From the NCBI RefSeq assembly GCF_018350175.1, contig NC_058368.1:51399815-51463814 (forward strand): DNA of 64,000 nt, in the 5' to 3' direction. The notes beneath the pieces were generated by a model. It did no database searches. It saw nothing but the letters and a program-made list of their open reading frames with translations, and had not been told where the DNA came from. The number at the start of each line of letters is the position of its first letter. Position 1 is the stretch's first letter. Shown here in pieces: positions 13,001 through 27,585 of this stretch. Made by a program: the position numbers and the translations under genes. Source of the stretch: Felis catus (taxonomy: Eukaryota).

Positions 13001-16000
13001 TTCAAGAAAGATCAGAGAATTCAGAAATTCATTTATGATACTTATCGACAGCTCATGTTCAGAGATTGGGGACACTTGATTTTAATGGAAATAGCTTGGG
13101 AAAGATGCAGGAGGACACATTTCAACTCCAATACTATTTTTAAAAAAATCATAGACTCTTTCTGTATCCAAATTATATTAAAAATAAACAATTAAAGACT
13201 TAAATATAGCAAACAGAGCCAAACATATAGTTTTGTATAAGAAACAGTATTCTTTGATAGAGAGCCAAAATGTTCTTACATATGCTGAGAATGCCAAAAA
13301 AAATTTATTGTTAAAAAATCATAATCATAACAACAGCCTAAAATAAAGGCTTGTTATATGTGATTTATTTTCCTATGTTAGGCCAAGTACAAATCTAGAA
13401 ATACACTCATAGTAGGTGCAGACATTATGTGGGAGGAAGTATCTGAGTACTTAAAGAGGTATCAGAGAGGGAGGTCAGAGATGCAGGGGTGGCTGTCCCA
13501 GCTCTGGGCTTTTCTTCACAAGATCCCCCACCCCCACTTCCCGAAGTCTGCTAATTATCATAACTAATCTGATCTTACAAAGATCAGGTCTATCATAATA
13601 TAAAGATCTATCATAATTAATTTCCTTACAAAGAATGCCCCATTATGTTATATTGGTAACAAAAATAGGACCCAAAATTCTAGGGAAAAATTGCATTCTG
13701 ATTCTGCCAAATTCGCATACATATTAACTTTAAAATGATGATAATATAGGATTCTGGGGGGAAAAAAGATCCAAAAAGAGTATAAGGGGATAAATACAAA
13801 TAGGTGTAATGTAACTTAAGAAGTGACAGTTCCTAGAACACCCAAAATTGCGAACATAAATTTAATTTAAATGAAAATTATATGTCTCTAATTGAATATT
13901 TTACATGATATTTGATACTTCTATCCAGAAAAGATTCATGTTCAACAAAAATGAAAAGATATATGGTATTAAAGCAGTCTTAGAAAAAGAATACAAATTA
14001 AGGCACAACCCAAGCCTTGAAGAAACTTTTGACTTGTTTTAAATAATGGTTTAAATAAATCGAATGAAAGACAGAAAAGCAACGTAAATGACAATGAATT
14101 AGAAACTATCATAATAGAAAACAATTACTAGAATTACACGTACATGCCAATACGCCCTCAAGAAACAACACAGAACAATTCTGAAAAGAAATGTGTTCTG
14201 CACATTTTCTACTCATAGTTTACTGTTTGAGTATGAATCATTTTCTTACCCTCCGGGGACTCTGTCTGGACGCCCACTACTGACACAACTGGCTCCATAA
14301 CCTGTACAGTCTCCGCAGACAGTGCACACCATGCACTGTTCCAGCTTCCATTTATGCATGCCTGGAGGGCACATCATGGACTTCTCATCTTTCTCATCTA
14401 GTTCTTCTTCCAGGTCTTCATCCATTGCTGTTGCCATATTTTCAACGCCAAACCCTACACGACAGATCAATTTGTAACCTTTATGTAGATTATTCTCATG
14501 TCTTAAAAAACACACATCACATATACTAATCCAAATGAATATACAAAAGAATGCTCAAACAACAAAGTAACAAAAATATAATTTAATTTAGGGACCACAA
14601 ATAAATGCTCTCCTCATTTCCTTTTTGCAAAAAGAGGGAAGGCAGGAACCCCTCTTAGCCGTTACTTTATGCCAATCACACTTTTAACTTTTGCTGATTT
14701 TAGTCCCTCCTTTCCATCTTCAGTGCCAACACTGTCCTTCAACAGACCACAGAAAGTCTCCCAACTATGCTCTAAGCCATGTGTCCCTCCGCTCTAGAAT
14801 ATCCTTTCACAACTGGTAATCAGCTTCTTAAAACATATACTTGACCCTATGATTTCACAATTTACAAACCTCCAATGTTTTTCCATGGTCTTTAAAAGAA
14901 CAAAACTCTTCAGCAAGATACAGTTAGTCACAACATGGCCCTTGAATTTTCTGTAACCTCATTTCTTCCATGCAAACTACATTCTGTCTGAACCCAAATT
15001 CCCTCTGCTTTCTAAACATACTATGTCCTTTCACATGCTCAGGGCCTTTGCTCATTCCTGCTCCATCTGTATCTCTCTACCTCATTTACCAGATGCCTCG
15101 CTCTACCTCATCTACCAGAGAAACTCCTCTTCAGCATTCAATAAAACTTAGCCCGGAAGTCATCTGCCATGAAAGGATTTACTACTTTTTGCAGGGAGTT
15201 AGTCACTATTTCCTCAAAGCCTGTTTATGCCTCAATTACAACTTACAGAATTGTGTTATAATTCACTCAACTGTAAAAAAAATTGTTTTTAATGTTTATT
15301 TATTTTTGAGAGAGATAGAGTGCAAGCAGGGGAAAGAGCAGAGAGAGAGGCAGACAAAATCCGAAGCAGGCTCCAGGCTCTAAGCTGTCAGCACAGAGCC
15401 CAACACAGGGCTCAAACTCACAAACCATGAGATCATGACCTGAGCGGAAGTCGGACCCTAAACCGAATGAGCCACTCAGGGGACCCTTGTTCAATTTTTT
15501 AAAGATCGGACATCTACTCCCGATGACCCAAGTGTTCCTTTATGAGAGTCAGCAAACTTTTTTGTAAAGGGCCACGCTGCAAAAAATTTAGGCTTTGTAG
15601 GCTACACAAGTCTCTGTCACGTTTTTTTTTTTTTTAAATAACTCCTTATAAATGTAAAATCCATTCTTAGCTTGAAGAGTCACACAGAAATAAGCCACTG
15701 AGCAGACACAGCATCAGGTTATGGTTTGCAGACCTCTGCTCTAGGCAGTGAGGACTCTGATAATGAGCTATTATAATCTAGCGAGAAAGACTTTTTATCA
15801 AAATACCATACAAGAAAACTGTAAATATACAACTGTGATAGAATTATGAAGAAACAAATAGTGTTACAAGAGATTGTAATAAAAGAGTAAATTTATGGGA
15901 ATAAAGTATTTTTATGTTTGTTTTTCCTATTAGACTTAGATCGTCAAAGACGAGGTTATGCCTTACTCATTTTATCTCTTATTCTTAGTCAACCTTACTC

Positions 16001-19000
16001 TCTTATCACTTGTAACAGACTCAGTATAGGTCTGTCTAATCAAGAAGTAAACTCGTACAATATAGAGCCTCTTTTAATCTCTGCCACTTCTAATCTATAT
16101 ACAGGCTAGGAAATTAAATAGCCAAGTACTGGACAACTACTTATAGAGTTAGAATAAAGCAACTCTGAAGGCTTGAGTGCCTGTTTTTAATAATCATGAT
16201 AGCTAAAATATACTAAGCACTTACTTGCATTTGGGTCTACTTGCATTTGGGTTTACGTACTCATTTAATCATCCCAACAATGGTATAACTATTATCCCCA
16301 AATTAATCTCTAAATTCAAAGCATCCCAATCATAATACCAAGTAGAAAAACTGATTCTAATTCATATTAAAAGTAAAGGCCCCCAACATGACTATATAAA
16401 GAAAAAATTTATATAGAAAAGCAATGAAAAACTTAGCACCAAAATTTAGAAATTATATACAACAAAAGAAACCTAAAATAAATGCAAAGGTTAAGCCAGT
16501 TAGTCAAAGATATGTGCAACACATGCAATATAATATATAAAAAATTCCCACAAATCAATAAGAAGGCAAGTAAAATGAGGAGTTTGAAGAGATGATCTAA
16601 CACTACTAACAATCAGGAAAAGCAAATTAAAAAAAAAAAACAAAAAAAAACAAGGGACCCAGCCACTCCACTCATAGTTATATGCCTAAAAGCATACAAA
16701 TTTCACCAACATTCACTAGAATGTTCATAGAAACCTTATTCATAAAAACCAAAACTAGAAACCACCCAAATGTCCATTAATATGAAAAAAGATTCCAAAA
16801 CTGTGGTATACATTCACACAACTGATTACAACAATGAAAATGAACAATCTATAAATCTTTAAATCTATAAATCTATAAATCTATAAATGCTTGTAACAAT
16901 ATAAATGAATCTCATAAACAAAGTTGAGTGGAAAGAAACTAGACACTAGAAACTATGTCATGTGACATAATTCTATTTATATAAAATACAAAAGTATGCA
17001 AAACTAAATTAAGCTGTTATCTAGAGAGGTAGATGGTGACTGGAGAGGAACATAAAGGGGGATTCCTTGGGTGCTGGTAATATACTATTTCTTGATTAAG
17101 GTGCCGATTACATGAATGTGTTCAGTTTGTGATAATTCATCAAGATCCTCACTTATGTGTATTTTGATGCATGTATGTTTTACTTCAATATAACAAATAA
17201 AAAAAATAATGAAATACAATGTCATAGTCATCAAACTGACAAAAATCAGAATGTTTATACTACCTCTAGGAGTGATGTGGAAAATCAGAGTATAAATTGA
17301 TACAACCTCTTTTAAGAAAAATCTAGCAAAGCTGAAATCTACAACACCAGAAATTACACTTGAGAAATCTCAGATGTTTGCCAGGAGACATGAATAAAAG
17401 AGGTTTTGAAATTATTGATAAGAATGAAAAATTAGAAATAAACTCATCTATCAGCAGGAGAATGGATAAACTGTGGCATGTTAGTGGTATGGTTTATTAC
17501 ACAGCACTTAACATGAATCATTTAGATTTATATATACCAACATGGACAGAGTTCAAACACAATGGTGAGACTAAATAAATAAACCTCCTAATCTGCAGAA
17601 AAATATAGATTGGCACTTATAAAAGTATCTTACATATAAAACATGAGTATGTAACACATTTTACATGTAAAATATATAAGAACAAGTAAAAATACAGAAA
17701 TATGACAGGATCAAAGTTATGATTGTGGTTGGTCTGGAGAAAGAGGGAGTATAATAATAAATCTTGGAAGGAGAATACAGGACACATCTATAACTTTCTT
17801 ACTGAAAAATAAGGCATGGTGCTAGATACACAATTTTTTCATATTGTAATCTTATTTTCTATACTTTTCCTTTCTTTTAAAAAAAGATACATAAAAACCC
17901 TTTATGTTCCCTATGACTATATAATCTGTATTCATTTTATGTATTACACTACTAGTCTGCTTTCTAATTCATTACTTACTAGCAGAGTAGGTATGATTTT
18001 TTACAAAGTAAAAAAAAGCCTTTAACAATTTTATTTTGGTTATTATAAATTTTACAGTAATACTCTAAAACACAGGTGTAAATATATGCCAAATTTTCAT
18101 AAAAGTTTCAGAATAACAGGGAAATAATTTTTTTTAGTTCAAAACTTTTATGAAACATAATCTGAAAATATATTTATATTACATATAGAAAACTAAACTG
18201 TTTCTCTCCTTTCTGCCTAGTAGGTATTATCCAAAACTATGGTTCAGTATTTTAGCAAGAAGAAAAATATTTCCATTTTGGAGTAATCCATTTCATTCCT
18301 TTCTTTTGTTCTTCCTTCCTTTTAAAAATCAATGTGCTCTAACAGACTTACTCTTTTTAAAAACAAAAGCATTTTAAGAACACGCATATATGAATATGGT
18401 AAAAAAAAATAGTGGCCTCTTGATATTCAGATGAGTCTGCTATCAAGAAGGTCCCAAACCTGTTTATGTTAATTCATACAAATATTAACCCTCAAATATT
18501 AATCCTCAAACTCTTTTGTACTTTGAACACAGTTCAACACTTGGTTCTGATAATATGTATTTATTTCCTATTCTTCAGCCCACACCAAATTAAAAACAGA
18601 AAACCAGCAATTGGAATGAAGGGTACAGGATAGCACTGATAGCAGCTGGAAGTAAACATTGAGAGCAAGAATGAAGTAGACATAAACCATTACCAACACC
18701 AAAAAACCACAAGCATGACAAAGGATAAACTCTTCTTCCTGTCAATACCCTTTGTGTTAGGGAAAAACATATGGTGAATAAGGTGCATCTACAATTCAGC
18801 TCTTGGTAAAGGGTCAAATATTCTTAAGATCATTTTCAGTTGTCAGGAACTGATTAAATTGCAGGTAGCATGTGCTCTTAAATAGGAAGATGATATTTGC
18901 CAGATAGACTGCTGCCAAATATGGCTAAAACTGAAAATGTGTAGGGATGCCTGGGTGGCTCAGTGGGTTGAGAGTCCAACTCTTGATTTTGGCTCAGGTA

Positions 19001-22000
19001 ATGATATAGCCCTGCTTGGGTTCGAGCCCTGCATCAGGCTCTGCTGATGGAGCCTGCTTGGGATTCTCCCTCTCCCTCTCTCTGCCCTTTCCACGCTCTC
19101 TCTCTCAAAATAAGTAAACTTAAAAAAAAAAAAAAAAAACTAAACTAAAAATGTGTGGTATAAAAGAAACTAATAATGAAGAGTTTGAAAAATGCGCTTT
19201 TCTAGAATAGTCACCCAAAATGCTAAATCAAAGAGGTGCTATTACATTTTATATAAAATTAAGAAAAATAGGGGAGCCTGGCTGGCTCAGTTGGAAGAGC
19301 ATATGACTCTTGATCTCAGGGTCATGAGCACAAGCCCCATGCTGGGTGCAGAGATTACTTGTATTACATACATACACATATATAAATAGACAAACAAACA
19401 AACTTAAAAAGAAAGAAAAACATTCAAGTTCATTTGCTCAAAAATTAAAAGTCTAAAGTATACTCGATTGTTTCAGTGATATAATACCAAATAAATAAGA
19501 AATTCAGTGGTTTTCCTAATTTATAAGTATGAAATTAAAGAGCCACTTGTTTCGAAGAGTAAGATTCTTTACCACACTGTTCTGAAAACCTAATGAAAAG
19601 AGGCCACAAAGTTAATATCCACATGTCCAACACCTACCTTTCCCCCCCTGGTTCATGGCACCAGTGTCTCGTCCACACTGTCCTTTATTATTTACACCAA
19701 ATGTCCAAACTTCTCCATTCTTCATTAAAACACAAGTATGGGCTTTGCCCATAGCTACCTGAATTACAAAATGACCCTTCAAATCTGTTACCAAACCTGT
19801 AGGAAAGATACAAATTTGGTAAGAAACAACAATAAAACCTTTCTGAGTCTAGTAAATCATCAGTATTGTAAAAGGACCACCTCAATACAGAATTTTTTAT
19901 TTCTGGGATAAAATAACCCACAAAAATGAGAAATACATGGCCAAAAGACTGGCCAGGTATCAGCAAATTAATTTTGTAGGTTTGTAAGGAAGTTTCAAAA
20001 TCTTAACACATTATCATCCAGACTTCAGACAAATGCCTCTCCTGAATGTTTCCTCTAAATGTCAACACTTCTCAACAACCCTCAGAAGGGTCACTAGTTC
20101 TGAAACTTTCCTGGTCCAAGAACAAAGGAGCTTATAAATCATGTACTTAACCTGCTTTGACTTGCCTCAGCAAAACAAAATAAAATACTTGCTGGGGAAT
20201 ACTGAAATAACAGTTTCTGTAGAAACCTGTGAGATGATCCAAAGCAGCATTTTTCAATCCTTTTTAACCTACAGTGCTTTCTTCCACAATCCAATAGCTA
20301 GCTAGTTTAGCCAGCTCCTAAACCTCACTTATTCACATATAACTTTCATTGTATGTGCCATATCCAAATGCAACCCATATAAGCTTAGTATTTTTTGCAT
20401 CAATTTTAAATTGACTAAAGCATTTTTAACCTTATCAAGTAATCAACGGTAAAAATCCGATTGTTGAGTATTTCCACTATATACTAAAGAGTTAAAAACT
20501 GAAGTATTTGTTTTACTTAAATTACAAAAACCATAATTCTTATATCACACTTTGGGAAAGCTGTTATTATTATTATAATATTATGTTATTATTTTCTCAG
20601 ATATTACTTTCCTAAGGTGACTTTCTCTTCCACCCTATATTACTTAGGTCTTTTTAGCTCAAAAATTTCCATTTTTAGTATTTAGTATACTTGAAAAAGA
20701 TATGTATATTTAGCAATATTACTTATTATTACTAATAGTACTAGCTGACATGTTTTGGCCCTTGCATGTGCTAGGCTCTGTGCTTAGCATTTCATAAGCA
20801 TTATCTCCTATAATCTTATAATAACCATATGAAACAGGTACTGTCATTAGCTCCCTTTTGAAGATGAAAAAAGTGAAAGTAATCTCTGAAAAGTTAAAAA
20901 ATTTAAGTTAGCTATTAGCCAACTAAAAAGTGGCAGTGCCAGGATCTAGGTCCGTATCCATAACCATTAAACCACACTTATCTAATATTTAAGTTGCATA
21001 ATACCCAACTGTCTCTCAGACCCTCAAAACAAATACAACATTTTGTGAATCCTTCCTGTCTTATTGCTGGGAACAGTGCCAGTAGTTTTAGGCAGGGCTA
21101 ATCATGGAGCTTGGCCAGTGCAGCTCTACCTTAGCTACTACTTTGGAAAGCTTTCCCTACACTCATTTAGATGCTCACATGACATGTTCTTGGTAGTACC
21201 CTGGGGAAATGATGTTGGTAATGTAACTGATTTATCATTGATGAGTTACTTATCTCCCTATTTAGATAGTTATGGAAGGATTCTCTCTCTCCTATATTTA
21301 CTATTATATCCCCAGTTCCCAGCACAGTTGTCTTGTACATGTAGAGTCTTAACAATTACTTGCCATGTGACTGAGTAACTGAAAAACCAAAAGTTACTGT
21401 AATGAATGGATATGTGGGGTGGGACTAGCCAAATAGAGAGTTTTATATTTATAAACTCTAATTGCAAAAATTTGTCATATTTGGTTGCTAGATTTTCTTT
21501 CTAGCCCTTAAGAAATGAGTATGATTGTGACAGCCCACTTGGCAGGATTTTATATGAGGTGAATATGTAAAGCCTGTGAACTTCTTCGTAAAAAGGAAAA
21601 TAGAATAAAATTTCTGATTGGAAGTTTAAGTGATGGTCTCATGCTGGGGAAATGACGTGTTGAATATTTCTAGCAATTAATTATTAAGTTGAACTCTACT
21701 CAAGCAATATGTGAGTTGCCTTAATGTGGTAATACTTAGATCCTCAGTTGGCCTCAACTGACAGAGTGAATCAAAATTTGGGAGTGGGCTCTTGTATAGT
21801 TTAAAAATAGTATTTAGCCTAGCTATTGCTTGCTAAAATCCTGCTGGCTAACACCGATTAAAATTTGTGCATTTATCCAGTATATATTTATTGAGAACTG
21901 ACAGTGTGTCGCAGCTTGGTGGACAGGCAGGTATGGTCCGTCACTGAAAGAAATGTGGAAAAAGTAAAGAAAATATGCTAGAACTGTTAATTTCCTAGAC

Positions 22001-22526
22001 ATATCTTTCCAATATAATGTCTAGTATTGGACTTTCTTTGTATAAAAGTGAAATGTATTTAAGTTGAACTTACTTGAACTGTCAGAGTAAATGGCATCTT
22101 TCCCAAACATGTATAGCTCTCCATCTTTAGAAATAACAGAACTACTTCCATTATTGCAGGCTGTGTACACCACAATCTTTCCTTCCATCTTAATTATCTT
22201 TTTAGGTTTGTAGGGTTTTGATTGCCGTCTGCTCTTAGCTTAAAAAATAACACAAAACAAAATTAATTTAAGACATCTATGTATAAATAAAAATATATGC
22301 ATTTATGACACACTTTATTTATTTTCACAAAGGCCTGGGATTCCCAACATGTCAATTAAAATAAGTCAACCTGCAAGCCTCACATAGTTAATTAATACTT
22401 AGGCTATCACTGTCAGATCCTTTTCTTTGTTATATGTTAAAATTTCCAATGAGAAACACCAATTTCTAACAAACTTCTGGGGACCTCAATCTCTGTATTA
22501 GCTATTTACACATTATTAACACTATT

Positions 22527-22596
<70 letters not shown>

Positions 22597-25500
22597 ACAC
22601 CATTTCACCATCATATATAACTATATATGTATATAAATTCCCTTTTCTCTCAAACTCTACCTCACATGCTTTCTTATGCTAGATCCTAGAAAGTGAAATC
22701 AGTTCCTCATTCGTTGAACACATGTTTAAGCATCCAGTTAGTGGATGGGAAATACATATATGGAGAAAGACTAAATAAATTTAAATGTGGATGATGATCC
22801 AAGTAGCCTCTGATACCAAAAACGAAATCCCTGAAATGAGCAAAAGACAAGGAATATCAATCTTCTGTTCCTTTGGTCAATCCCAGTTCTTGATGCCTTT
22901 CAGAATAAAAACATATTGCTATGCTGGGCACAACTCTGGGACTTAAAATACCATTATACTTTTTCATATAACATGACCCATATACATGTATACAGCAACT
23001 ACACTATCTCATGCTCAAAGAAAGAACAAGGTCTTCCAAATGCTAGAAGGAAACTTGGCTGTGCTCAAGTTTCTGAGATGGCAATACACGTTATGTGTTT
23101 TTTTTCCCAAGTAACTTTTATTTACACATGATTTTTACATTAGATGTTGAATTCAAACCTAATCCTCATAACATGCTACTCCACTGTGCTAAAACATGTA
23201 AAGTATATGGGAAGTTACAAAAAGAGAAAAATGGCACTTTGAGAAAGACTGAACAGAAATATAGGAAAGATAAAAGATAAAATTGTTTTCATTGTTTAGG
23301 AATGATTTAATCACAGAGAAATAACATCAAGAATAGTGACCCATAACTAAAGCTACTACACAAGGCAACAAAAGGTTTACTTCATTCTGAAATATATATT
23401 CCTTATAAAATTTTGGGTGACCTAAGATAATATATTGTAATAAATACGTTTTTAAAAATAACACCAATGAGCAAAACAGATGAATGGCAATATATACATA
23501 CAAAAAGTATATATAAAAATTTATGAAAATCAACTCTACAATGAAATCAGCAATCCCAGTTCTTTAATGAACAGTACACTATTAACCAATTATGCCACAA
23601 TGTAAAATCATCTATTAATCTGGTAAGGTTAATCTGGTAAGGCTACCGAAATTGATATACCTTATGTTAATAAATTCCACAGTATTTTTACTGAATGTCC
23701 AGTTTCTTAGTCAACTTACTTGACTCTCCATCTTCTCCTTTACTAGCAGATCCTGTAAAGAATATGCTTCCATCTTCTGCAACTAAAAGGGCATGAGAAC
23801 CATCATGTCCAACTGAAAAGTGTACAATCTTTGGAGATTTTGTAATTGGTAGTTCAACCCATTTTCCTGCTGAAGGACCACCTTGCTTGATTCCAAGACT
23901 CTGGTACTTGCCAGTATAATATATCTTATATATCAAAAAAAAAAAAAAAAAAAAGAGGGAGTAAGAGAGAGACAGAGAATTATGGTGCCTTTTGGGGTAG
24001 CGTACCAGGTTTCACATGAGAGAAAAAAGACTTTCATATCTTACTAAAAAACAAAAATAACAAGAAACCAAACTGTTTTTATACTTCAGTGAGATCCATC
24101 AGTAGGAGAGAAATATACATATTTTTCTAAAGATCCAGTTCATAATAGCTTTTTCGTATCTATTCAAGGTATCTATAATCTTCCATTATAAGTCTCCTGA
24201 TAGATATGAATAAAAATATACTTCACAAATATACTCTAACCTCACAAGAGGAGGAAATGGATAAAATTCTCAACTTGTTTTCCTAATGTAAAAAACCCTA
24301 CATATTAATATACCATAATTGCCTAGTAATTTTAATTTTCTTTTTTTTTAATTTTATGTTTATTTTTGAGAGAGACAGACAGACAGAGCATGAGCGGGGG
24401 AGGGGCAGAGAGAGAGGGAGACACAGAATCTGAAGCAGGATCCAAGGCTCGAACTCATGAGCCATGAGATCATGACCTGGGCCAAAGTCAGATGCTTAAC
24501 CAAGTAAGTCACCCAGGTTCCCCTAGTCATTGTAATTTTCAAAATTCTTGTAATTACCTCACTTTATTCTCACACCCATGAGATAAGAAAGAAGCTTCTA
24601 TCTCTACAGACTGAGCTCTACAATCTGTCACTTATACTTGCTCCTACTTTCCCCAAATTGTAGTCTTTATATTTCTGAACATTTATAGAAATTTTCAATA
24701 AATGTGTTCATCAAAATAAACTCAAAATATGAATTCATTCCCACTCAAAGAATTAAAAGCTCCATAATTAAAATATCTGTAAAAATGTAATATTTTATAA
24801 AGTTTTATACTCTTGTATCTCACAATTTTCTTTTATACTATTTCAACATGAATAAAATTTCACCATATTAAAAAAACATAAAATAATTTAAAATCAAAAT
24901 TTCAATTATGTTTAAACATGTGATCTATGTAAATAAACTAATCAACTGATTATACCAATTGGTTATCTCATAAAACACAGGATTTCATTTTTAATACTAA
25001 AGAGTAATTTACCTTTCCATTTGCTGTTTTCATTAGTGCAAACTCTCGCCCTGCACCAAGAATTGCTGACTCCTCATCAAATCCTGTGCCTGATAATACA
25101 AGACTCATAAATATTACTATATTTTAATATGAACAATGTAAATCATAATTTTGCACTATTTTGAGTTATTGAAACGTCAACTCAGTACCACTCAAAAACA
25201 AGGATGACGATAAACTTGTTGAATCACTATGAAACTAATGTAACATTGTGTGTCAACTACACTTCAATTAAAAAAAAGAAAAAACAAGGATGACAAAATA
25301 TGCCATATTCCTGACTTAAAAAAAAATTAACAGTATGTAGAAAGATAAAATTACCATAAATTTTTAACTTGTTCCAAACTAGTGCCAAATTAATCTTTTA
25401 AACATAAAAAAATGTTTAAAACCAATGTCAGCAATATTTCTTGAATTAATGAATTAAGAAATTTTTATTGAGCATTATTATTAGGTAGTAGGCATTACAT

Positions 25501-27530
25501 AGTGCATGAACCTTATCCCATTCAATTTTCACAACTATACTGCCTGGTTTACTCGATGAGGTTAGTCCAGACACAGAGTCATTTGGGCTTGAACAATGTC
25601 GTGCAGGTATCTGAATTAAGGTATATTAGATTCTTTGTTCCATGCTCTTTTCTACAGAAGAACATTTCATGTGGCTACTCCATGAATTTGGGTACATATG
25701 TGTGCATACATAACAAAGACCCTTATGCATATTTTCAAATTCTAAAACTATGAGTAAATAATTACATATGGTATATTATATGATTTTGTCTAATATAAAC
25801 TACTAGTTTATGAGCTTTTTAAATTTAAAAACTACAATTTCAATTCAGTACTTTCTATGGAAAAATTATAAAAACACTACATAATTAAATAAAATAGGCA
25901 AAGCATATCACTCATGTCAAGTTTATTAAACTTAATGAGATAATAGTCAAAAAAGGTGGGTCTTGCAAAGAATCCTGCACGTTAGAAATGGCACTATTAA
26001 ACCTGGAACAGCACGGCAAACCAAAATTGAGAGCCTCCTGGGAAACAGGATCCTAATTACTACTAGGACACTGCAGGAGGATGTATACTAAGACAGAAAT
26101 ATTCTGTGGCTGTCCCTATTTCTGCATCCAAATGAAAGATTATTAATCAGTGTTTTAGGCCAATTACCATTGTCACAATCTACGGGATCATTCTATGGCT
26201 GTCCTAAAAATCTGTTCAAATTAACAATCAAAGGCTTCAATGAGGGAACTATGTATATTAATGTAGTAATATTTACAGCGCAAGTTTTCAAAATTTTAAA
26301 TAATTGAATAAAGATAGAACATATAAATTAAGGATGTCCCTAAGTGCTGCCTATAATTCTTATCAAATGTAAGTTTATTTTCATTTGCTCTATTTAAAAT
26401 GAAAACAGAAAATCATTAGTCACTTTCTTCAAATGGTGTTCATATAACACACTCTGTTTAAAGACCATATTTCCTAGTTACTTATGCATACTAATTCATA
26501 AGTTGCTTTATAGTAACAGCAAAGTAACTGCCAAAATATAACACACAATGCTTAAAACACTGTACTAGTTTTCAAAAGAATAAAGAATCTGAAAACTTAA
26601 ATATGGGAGAAAGGCTTATTTGACTATCTTACTTATAATATGCAAGTCCTTTTCCAGATCAAATAGTGAGATTCCACAGGCATGTAAACATTTTCTGGCC
26701 AGTTTAAGTTGTAATTCTTGTTGTAGCACAGGTTCAGTGCTTGTGGCAAAAATTCTGACAACAAAGCCATCCTAAAAGAAAGAAAACACTCAGAGTATTA
26801 TGTTGCATAAACTGGTCTTCCAAGGCTTTATACTAATTAATATCAAATAATTTATGAGAAAGGGATTCCATTTACACCAGCTATTCATGATTCAGAGTAC
26901 TTACATCTCTTGAAGCAGCGATCTGATTAATATATTCTCCATCAGTGAATAAAATATTTTGACCTTCAGTATGGCAATCTGTACAAGAAGAGGAAAAAGT
27001 AATTATATTACAATATAAATAAATAGCTCACAAAATGACTTTACTCCTCTGTTGAAGTCAGAATGAGAGTTCTCCAGGCAATAAGGATAAACTTAAACTT
27101 AAAGGGATACTGTGCTTTTTTAATAAAGAATTACAAATTAGCAGAAACTAAGTAATTCAACTATTATTACATCTTGTGCTTACATTTATAAATCTTCCAT
27201 AATCAAGGACCTGAAAGCCCACCTAATTTCAAAATGAATTAGTATTAGATGTAGTCTGATAATAAACATGCACCATGATGAACAAACTATAATGTTGGTT
27301 ATAATCATTTCAATACATGCAATGTAGGCAACACTCTACCTTCAGACATACATCACAGTCATTAGTGTCACAGAAAAATACAGATAGACCTAAAGCTTCT
27401 GCATTTGAGGTCTATGGCATCCAGCTACAGATATCCCTTGCTTTATCAAACAGAACTGGTTATACCATTTCCACTTAGAAGTTTAATGGTTATTCCCAGC
27501 ATTTTCAGCATTTAGCATGCTATGTATACA

Positions 27531-27585
<55 letters not shown>

